A stretch of 59,292 nt of DNA, the filler included, from Dugesia japonica (lineage: Eukaryota): the NCBI GenBank assembly GCA_001938525.1. It is 5 parts of 5 records of this genome, joined end to end, with 100 filler letters (N's around TTAATTAATTAA, not from the genome) between each part and the next. Parts side by side here need not be neighbours in the genome. Positions count along the whole stretch, not along the records: positions 50,328 to 59,292 come from MQRL01592951.1; 4 more parts are not named here. One strand, given 5' to 3'. Below are positions 50,228 to 59,292 of this stretch, one piece after another; within the stretch, counting starts at the first letter, position 1, and each line of letters starts with the position of its first letter. The notes below the pieces were generated by a model. The model ran no database searches and was not told where the DNA came from. It was given only the letters and a program-made list of their open reading frames with translations. The translations under genes were made by a program, and so were the position numbers.

Positions 50228-50327
50228 NNNNNNNNNNNNNNNNNNNNNNNNNNNNNNNNNNNNNNNNNNNNTTAATTAATTAANNNNNNNNNNNNNNNNN
50301 NNNNNNNNNNNNNNNNNNNNNNNNNNN
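50228..50327. other. Artificial contig spacer
   Basis: N44-TTAATTAATTAA-N44. Confidence 0.95.
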
Positions 50328-51225
50328 TGCATAATCGATATTTAAATAATTAATTAAATGTTTAAATTATTTTAATTTTTTGAAATTTTAAAAATATTTA
50401 AGTATTTATTTATATCAAATATTATTTATATTTTTAAGGAAATAAAAGTCATCTGAATTGTAAATTGATTGTTATGTTGACATTTCTAACATCTTCATCA
50501 TAATTAATTATTATTAATTTCTACCAGAATGTTGGTGCATATCTATATTTTCATGCGTTTTTTTAATTTAAATTTTATATGTTTATTCGATATTTATTTG
50601 GCATCTGTAGGACCGCAAAAGAGTCCGCCGATTTGTGTGACACAGTATCTGTTCAATTTATTTTTTTCATTTATTGCAGACTTCCATTTATTTCTCACTT
50701 TCCATTCTTTATCAAATAATATAATTTAATTAGTCAATTTATTCATTTAAAAAACGAATATGAGGAAAACAATGCTTTTTGTTTAAAATAGAAACAAATA
50801 AATATTTAGAAATAAATATAGAAACAAAATAAATTTCTATATTTCTATATATTTCTATATTTCTATATTCTAAAATAAAATAATAAAACAAATAAATTTA
50901 GAAACAAATAAATATTTTAATATTATTTACTGATAATAGTCAGTAGAATATGTTATCAGCAAATAATAAAATATNCAAAAATTATTTTATTTTATTTTTA
51001 ATTCTTGACATAATTTGAAATATTTGGTTTGGATATTTTTGAAAACATTGTCAAAAAGAAATGTTTTTTTTAATTATTTCTGGGAAAAAACAAATTAATT
51101 TTTGAAAAAAAGAATAAGACTTATTTTTATTTTAATATTTATCATTAAAAATGCTATTTTAAATAGTAATTATTATTATTATTATTATTTTTCAATCAAA
51201 TTTTAAATATTTAATAAATTGTATA

Positions 51226-51330
51226 AGTAGGGACATAGTGGCCCACTACATCAAACCCCCTCCCCCGGGGATGGTGGGGTAGAAAAGATTTTGGTGCAGA
51301 ATATGATTGGTTGAAAATTATTTCCGTCAC
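51226..51330 (+). repeat. Candidate left terminus of the second Polinton
   Basis: AGTAGGGACATA followed by C/G runs, ~800 bp from the pPolB stop. Confidence 0.45.
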
Positions 51331-52025
51331 TTTAAAATTTTTTTAGTTTAAATTTATTATTATTTTTTTTATTTTTATTTTAATTTTGTTTTATTTTTTT
51401 AGAATAACAATATGAGTATCGATATACGTTCTCACAATCATTTTTTGTGGCCCTAATGAGGACCTATATACGTGCTCACAAGCGTTATTAATTGACTTCA
51501 TAATTCTTTTCGTTCTTNNNNNNNNNNNNNNNNNNNNNNNNNNNNNNNNNNNNNNNNNNNNNNNNNNNNNNNNNNNNNNNNNNNNNNNNNNNNNNNNNNN
51601 NNNNNNNNNNNNNNNNNNNNNNNNNNNNNNNNNNNNNNNNNNNNNNNNNNNNNNNNNNNNNNNNNNNNNNNNNNNNNNNNNNNTTATACTTTCTTTGTTA
51701 TTTTTGCACATGTAATGCATTTGTATTGCAATAGAACTACAATAATAATATTAGAAATTAATATTTTAAAATTTAACTAACAAACTAAATAAATAATCAA
51801 GTAATTAGCTAAAAAAACAAATTTCTAAAACCAAGATTTATTGAATCAAATGTTTTCTTTTTACAATGTCTGAATTTATTTTTCATGTTTCTTTTGAGAT
51901 CACTAAATAAAAATATTTTAATCTACTTTTAATACAATAATTTTTATTGACCAATATCAATTGAGTTTCGATTTAACTGGATTGAGTTGGATGGATTATC
52001 TCTAGCAATTTATGAGAAAGAAGTA

Positions 52026-53197
52026 CTACTTATCTAGTGTGTGTTGACCATATGGTATACTGATATTCTTCTCTATCCATACTCATTTATTCTCGATATT
52101 TGATAATGCCAGTTTGTGATTCTTTATACTGTAAAGTTGGTGATGTATGGATATTATTCTGAATTGATCTACTGAGACCTTTTTGTTCTGATTGTAACAG
52201 TCAAGATATTATTGATGGCTGATTTCTGTATTTTTTAATATTATGCCTTTTGCCTTCATTGAAGCATTATCACTAGAACATTTTGGTCTCAAAAATATCC
52301 ACTCACGATATTTCGTCCCTTTACTTTCATGCTTGAGCTTTCCGATGACTGAATTTAATTCGTTAGAGTAAAAAGAATGGTTTGTGTTATAATTTGACGT
52401 ATCTAATAACAGATTTCTCACCAATAATGATGTTAGTTTTTCCAAATTTATATTCACAACTTCTAAGAAAAAACTATCCGTATCACAATTTTCTTCTCGT
52501 CTGTACGTTTCCAACTCAATTTACTTCAACTGATACATTCTCAGTTTTGAGAGGTTCAGCACAGTCTGTCCGATGTAGCTTGTTCGATCTAGACACACCA
52601 CTTCTTTGTTCATTAAAACAGCTATTAAATTGTCATCGATTTATGTTGATTTTTTGAATCCCGCTTTTGAAGCATATGTTATGAGTTTTTTTGCTGAATT
52701 GCACAAGCGCAAATTGATTCTCTTTTTAAAATTTTCTACAGTTTTACCATATAGGCTGTTGTTTAACAACTTGTAATATTTCTTTTCCAACTCTGTTTTG
52801 CATTGCGATCTTAAATCTGTATTGACATTAATATAATTCTCAAATATTTAACGCCTCTGTGTACCTTTGTCATATGTATACCCTACTTTATATTCATTTG
52901 CAGAAGTCTCCAGTGAACAATGTAATTCTTTTTTGGGTAATGAGTTAACATCTATTTTTTAACTTTTGATACTGGAGCACATCGATGCTCAGCTGCTACA
53001 GAAAGATCGTTCAGGTAATCTTGTATTTCTGGTGGGATAACCATGTCTACTTCCAATGTAAATCCATATGTCATGGAGTCAAGATCTGCTGTTTTACATT
53101 CTTCCAAAACATGATCTAATCCTGAATATACCCACTAAAAGTTTTTATAGGGCAACTTCTGACTTAATGCCCAACCATATAGGTTATTAATATCAAT
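52026..53197 (-). pseudogene. Protein-primed family B DNA polymerase, C-terminal half
   Basis: DINNLYGWALSQKLP (A), KLLNNSLYGKTVEN (B), CDTDSF (C), GKLKHE, LRPKC, KAKGI, KLALS...PYG; stops and deletions. Confidence 0.9.
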
Positions 53198-53520
53198 TAG
53201 GATTAAGTAAGAAAAATGCAATTTATCCGATTAGAAAGAAGGAAATTGTTGCGTTTGCAATTAGTAAAGATAGTACATCATTTTAAAAAGAGCAAATATT
53301 TGGTGATCGTCGTTTACCCAACTTACTTTTAAAATATCCGTTTTTTACATTTGTGCTTGCTCTAGATTTCGATACTAATCAGAGTCAATTGCCTCAACAA
53401 GGAAATTTGAGATTGGATATAAAGTTTGCTACAGCTTTGACTGCGCCAGCATATCTTATAATATATTGAGTATTTGAAAGAGAAATCTAAATAAATGCTA
53501 ATAGAACAGTAATAGTGTAA
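53192..53520 (+). pseudogene. F54H12.2-like major capsid protein, C-terminal pieces with internal deletion
   Basis: NAIYPIRKKEIVAFAI....EQIFGDRRLP then QGNLRLDIKFATAL.....IIY*VFEREI*INANRTV. Confidence 0.7.
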
Positions 53521-53629
53521 ATAATATCTATTATAATCAAATAATCAAATTTATGAAGTAAGTTTTTTATTTAATTTCAATATTTTACGTTTTTAGTTCT
53601 TTTTAGATTAATCAAATCGGATCATTATT

Positions 53630-53932
53630 TTGAGGATCGTCGTGGTTGGGAGTATATCCATTAGCAAACTTCCATACTTTCCAGTTAATAAAGCCCTAAT
53701 TGGCAATACTGATACATCAAATCTTGGTGGAGAACANNNNNNNNNNNNNNNNNNNNNNNNNNNNNNNNNNNNNNNNNNNNNNNNNNNNNNNNNNNNNNNN
53801 NNNNNNNNNNNNNNNNNNNNNNNNNNNNNNNNNNNNNNNNNNNNNNNNNNNNNNNNNNNNNNNNNNNNNNNNNNNNNNNNNNNNNNNNNNNAACATTATC
53901 TATTGTGGCTTAAAAGTCAACATTCTAGCTGA
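53630..53932 (+). pseudogene. Adenain-like protease fragment of the second Polinton
   Basis: ALIGNTDTSNLGGE(H) matches the NTDxxxxPGxHW motif; catalytic core hidden by Ns; directly follows the MCP. Confidence 0.55.
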
Positions 53933-56782
53933 AAATCAACATTTTATGTGAAAAATAATCAACATGGTAGTAGAAAATGTAAATGTTGTATGTTAATAAA
54001 CGTTAATTAATAATATGTTAATAAACTAATCTAATAGTAAAGTCAATGAATATCACACATGGTACCTGATCGATTCCAATTTTCCAAGTAAATTATTCAA
54101 CTTATTACTAATTTATCAATTGAACATACATCAAGTCTAATCATCTATACACTGATTTCATTAAACCATGAATATATTGTAGTCGCCTACAAGCAAATTA
54201 TTACGACTTATGTATGAATTACAAACATCGATGTGTAATTTACTGACGCCTATGTACAAATCTTTGTCACATATGAGCAAATTATCACAACCTATATGTA
54301 AAATATATCAAACTATGTACAAATGATTGAACGTTATGAGTAAATTATAACTAATATCAATAAATTATAGTCATATATAAGCAAATGGTAGCCAACAATT
54401 TTACATTGAGACATTAGTTTGAACTTTTTCAAGTCTAAATTTTATTTGAATACCTTAATTTTTCAAATTTTCTATAGATATACACAAAATATATACTAAG
54501 TCCTTAAGCAATTCCATTAAAATATATAGACCCATAATATAAATAAAGCTTAATTTTATTAAGATTTATTAAATTTCCATTAATCTCAGTAAAGTTAATT
54601 AAATTTAATTAATTTCACTAATTTTCATCGAATATAATATATTTAATAGACTTATAGTATTCATTAAATGTACTCTATTGTCTTTGTTTCGTAGAGTTCA
54701 GAAGTTGTATTTAAACAGTAGACCANCGGTTATAGTAAAGTCATGGAAAACAATAATATAGACAAATTTATTAAGATTTATTAAATTTCCTTAATTTATA
54801 AATTTTACAGAGTTTATCAAGGGATTTAGAAAAGCCAGTAAATAGAGAAAACAAGTGGATTAAGTAAGCAAACGGGCAAAGAAAAGCGATCTGATACAGT
54901 AAAACCCATGACTTTCAGTTAATCAATAGAAAGAGTAAGTCAATTCGATCCGATCAAAAATCTGATCACCCTTAAATTGTTTTTTAAAAATATCCGATAA
55001 CTCATACTATGCTTATGCGTTATTATCTATCTACTTTATCACTATAGAAATTATATCATAACGATATAAACTCTATAGAAACGCTATAGGAACCACGTAG
55101 AATCGAATGATAAGACAAGTAATATGTATAGAAATCATATAAAACCACTCAAATATCTATTAAACTCTACAAAATTATAAGCAATTTATACCAACGTAAT
55201 AAAATCCCATAAGCCCCTATATAAAACTCTAGAAAACCTTATAGAAACATAATAAAACTCTTTAGAAACTATTTAAATCATATACATAAAACTGAACAAA
55301 CACTCAATAAGGATGTATAAAACTTTGGATAACATTAAAGAAACTCCAGAGAATCCTTATATTCTAAAAATCCTATAAAATTATTATAATAACTCTAAAA
55401 TAGCCACATTACACTAAATAAAACCATATAAAACCCTTGTAACATAATGTGCTGATAACATATTCTACTGACTATTATCAGTAAATAATATTAACATATT
55501 TTCTAAATTACTTAATTATTTTATTATATAATTAAATCTAGATGTATATGTTAAACAAAATGCATTGTTTTTGAATTATTTCGTCTTTTAAATGATTAAT
55601 TTAAACAATTAAATTATATTAATTGATAAAAAAATATTAAATGGAAGTAAAAAATAAATGAAAAAAATAAATTTAATAGTAAATAAATAAATTGAACATA
55701 AGTATAAATAATTATTATGTTTCAATTGAAAATTAAATATTTAATTAATAATTTAAATATCGATTATGCACAAGATATGGAATATTCTGATTTATTCAAT
55801 AAATTAATTGATCACTCTCTGATTGGTAGAGAACTCCATAAATTTTCATATTGATTTATGTTTAATTTTTATAAATAAATTTACAGATAAAATAAAAAGT
55901 AAATCTTCGATATTTTCACTTTGTTTAGAATATTTCATATCTTTCTCAATTATTACAAATATTATTTGAAATTAAAGATGGTCAATATTTATTAAACAAT
56001 TCAAACAATGTTATACAAGAAATAGAAAATATTAATGTTTTGTTTAGTATTAATAATTTTTATATTGCTCTAATCGGGATATGACTAATTTCTACTAGAC
56101 AATTCTGTCTACAAGCATCTGGCAAACTTATTGTTACAGACAACTCGTGCTATATTCCATGATTATTCCAAGTAAATAACAATGGCAAATTAAAATTTAG
56201 AAAAAGAATTAGTAAGCATTTCCAGACAAATAATTCGTCATATTTTATGAAATGTTGAATCATTTCATCTGTTTTAATTTATTATATTTATTAGAAGATT
56301 AAATTTAATTACCCAATTAATTCAATTAATAAATTTGAATTAAATTAATTGAAATAATTAATATTTATTGATAATTATCGATATTCATCTCATTTATGAT
56401 CAATTTATTAGTTTTGTGAATATTTTACTGAAATTAATTGAACATTAATTAAACAAAATTATTCAAATATTCATTGATTTGTTGCATTCTTTTGAAAAGT
56501 AATAAACTTTTTTAAAATTATTTTTTGAAATAAAATTTTTAAAAACATTTTCATAAGATGTAATTAATAAATAATAGTTTTATTTATATTTTTTGGTAAA
56601 TTANNNNNNNNNNNNNNNNNNNNNNNNNNNNNNNNNNNNNNNNNNNNNNNNNNTATATGTCTCTCGATAATCAATGTTTTTCGATAAAGTTATGGAAGTA
56701 GCCTTTAAATGTTGAAATGTTGAAGTAGTAGTTTTATAATTACCATTATATTGATCTCTATTTTGAAATTAAATTAAAAAAA

Positions 56783-56935
56783 AGTTGGGTAAACGACGAT
56801 CACCAAGTATTTGTTCATTATAACATGATGTACTATCTTTACTAATTGTAAACGCAACAATTTCCTTCTTTCTTATCGGATAAATTGCATTAATCTTACT
56901 TAATCCTAATTGATGACCAGCCAATACTAAGTATG
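56783..56935 (-). pseudogene. Second copy of the F54H12.2-like MCP fragment
   Basis: Reverse complement of 53192-53325, extending further 5' (LVLAGHQLGLSKINAIYP). Confidence 0.7.
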
Positions 56936-59292
56936 GTTTTATTTAGTGTAATTAGCTATTACAGAGTTATTTTAATAATTTTATAGGATTTTTAGAATAT
57001 AAGGATTCTCTGGAGTTTCTTTAAAATTATTTTTTGAGATAAAATTTTTAAAAACATTTTCATAAGATGTAATTAATAAATAATAGTTTTATTTATATTT
57101 TTTGGTAAATTATTTAATAAAATTTTTAAAATTAGTGGAATATTATTTATTAATTGAATATTTTTTATTAATTGAATATTCAATGACAATCAATAAATCC
57201 TCGAATTCAAAATATTTTCATTTTTTGATTTTCTGAAATTCAGTAAAAATAATTAAATTCCACAAAATGCATAATTTCTACAATTTCTAATTCCATATTT
57301 CATGAATATAACCTTGCAATTTAATGTTTATTGTTGATATAAAATATTTGTACAATTAAAAAAAATAAGTAAATAAAATTTTATTTTGAGAATAAACTAA
57401 ATTTATATTATTTTATTTCTATAACACTTAGTAATACTTCTCTTATCTGGTCTTCTTCCTCACTTATTGGCTTTATCTCGCTTATCTCTGGTTTCCTTAA
57501 TAAGTATCCTCTCAAACATACATGTTTTCTCTAACTCCCCTCAGGTCTTCTCTCTTACTCAATTTCTTTTACTATTTTCTCGGTTTCTCTCTCATTCATT
57601 GGTTTCCTCCTAATCATCACTGTTCATCTATTTCCTAATTCCCCCTCTTTATTAGGGTTATTATATCATCCGTATGAAGGTATCATTCACCAATTATTAT
57701 ATGGTAATATTCTCCTNGGGGATAATTTATTATGTAACATAGAAACTAAAGATTGATTATTACACAATAGGTTAAATATCATGTAATTGATTACACAATG
57801 GATTAAATATGTGCATTTGCTACGTAATATACCGCATGACACTTAGATTATAATTAAATTATATATAGCCTTTTCAATAAAATATATCATTCATCATCGT
57901 ATGCCTACATTCATTTTCAATATTACAGACAGAATAATTAATATTTTCTCCACTAACTTCATTGTTTCTTCAATTTCTTTTTCATTCTGACATTTCTGAC
58001 ATTCTGAATGCATTGTATTAGTATGTACCAGTCTAGACCACATATCTAAAAATCTTTCTAATAGAAGTAGAAATTGTAAAATATATATTCCATTTCGAGT
58101 TTTTTTAGACTTTCAGCATTCAATTAATATTCCTTTTGGAATCATAATTTCGATTTTTCTTTTAAATCTGGTATAAACGATTCTAAGTTATCTTTTATGT
58201 AAACTTTTAAAGAAGAATAAAAGTTATTAATAATTATTATTAATTTTTACCAGTATTATCNATATCATCATTTTTCGAAAAGTTTATTAATAATAAATAT
58301 AGATTTTTATATTTAAAAAGTGAATGAGATTTAAATAATTTTAATAATAGTAAGTCAATTAAATATTAAATATAAATAGATTAATTTATTTAAATTTAAT
58401 TAATTATTTAATTTATAATTGAAATGTTCTAGAATCAATTGTTTTACATTATCAAAAACATTAAATTATACATATAGGTGTTTTAAAACCTATACTAACA
58501 GAAACTTTAATTCATTATTCATTATTTCAAAAATGAGGATTATAGAAACTCTACACTAATATTCAAGTGTGAGTATCCAACAAATTACTATACGTTTGAT
58601 ATGGTTTTCTTTAGAATATCAATTCATTACACTTTCCAAGTACTATTTGATTGTATAATTACTTAATTACTCTTTTATTTAGGATCCTGTAATGGGGAAG
58701 CCTGGCTTAACGACTTATTCGTATCTGAAATCAGTGATAATGATTAAACGACTCTTAATGAATTATTCATTAAAATCAATAGCAATATGATAATTGAAGA
58801 TTAAGTATTTATTAAATCTAAAGAAGACAACGTACAAAAAAAATAAATCAATGATAGCAGTTGAAATTATTGGTTATAATAAATTGTAAGAAATATTAAA
58901 ACCGATATGGAAATATCAACTCAAAAGATTGAATAAAGCATTTATTGAATAAATATTAGTATAATTAAACTATATATCTTATTAATTTCTACTTTTTAAC
59001 GTTTTATAAATCAAAACATGTATAAAAAATAAAGTTTATTTAATTCAATCCCACATTAGTCGATGTTCCAATGATTGTTCTGTATGACATTTGGCAACTA
59101 AATTATAATATTAAAAATTATTATTAAAGCAATAAAATTACTTATCGTATTTGGATCTCTTTCCATTTTGCATTCGTTTTGTTGTTTTAATGCATATGCT
59201 AATGCTTTTAGTTCAAAATTCATTTGAGATTGATTTATTGATTCTGGATAGAATAACTTAAATAGTTATTTCTTGTTTCTTTTTAATTCTCA

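Larger units (their letters stand above)
50328..55770. repeat. Dispersed inverted repeat pair (50328-50965 vs 55450-55770)
   Basis: tgcataatcgatatttaaat and taatattatttactgataatagtcagtagaatatgttatcagca recur as reverse complements. Confidence 0.7.

Noticed and set aside
52168-52178. ATCTACTGAGAC match to the Polinton terminus plus TSD at 49348-49359
   Set aside because: Lies in frame within pPolB coding sequence with no further similarity; likely chance
39575-53932. One single Polinton containing both the virion cassette and pPolB
   Set aside because: A terminus at 49354 and an artificial spacer intervene, and the pPolB region has its own different MCP and protease

Overview
AT-rich, repeat-dominated eukaryotic (most likely animal) genomic DNA. 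It is not one continuous locus: four identical 100-bp artificial spacers (N44-TTAATTAATTAA-N44 at ~20.3, 29.3, 39.5 and 50.3 kb) join five pieces, so adjacency across them means nothing. The only clear host gene is the 3' part of a class II PI3-kinase (kinase C-lobe plus PX domain, with 44-47-nt introns) at 29.8-31.1 kb. The standout feature is a compact endogenous Polinton/Maverick-type (adintovirus-like) virus at 39.6-49.35 kb. It has about 12 genes, all on the minus strand: double-jelly-roll major capsid, Zn-finger+parvovirus-type PLA2, RVE integrase, packaging ATPase, adenovirus pX-like membrane peptide, penton, adenain protease and a gasdermin-X-like gene, ending in an AGTAG-type terminus. 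The integrase has no start codon of its own upstream of its first catalytic Asp, and it becomes a PLA2-integrase polyprotein with an adenain-type site if one A is removed. Debris of a second Polinton family (pPolB, a different capsid type, protease, terminus) lies at 49.7-56.9 kb, and a 4.36-kb gene-less element with AGTAG-starting ~1-kb inverted repeats lies at 2.3-6.6 kb. The rest is decayed Ty3/Gypsy (including a full-length 4.35-kb copy), REL-type non-LTR, Penelope-like elements with minimal hammerhead ribozymes, hAT, mariner/Tc1, pogo and piggyBac remnants. All family assignments come from motif recognition by eye; no database search was run.
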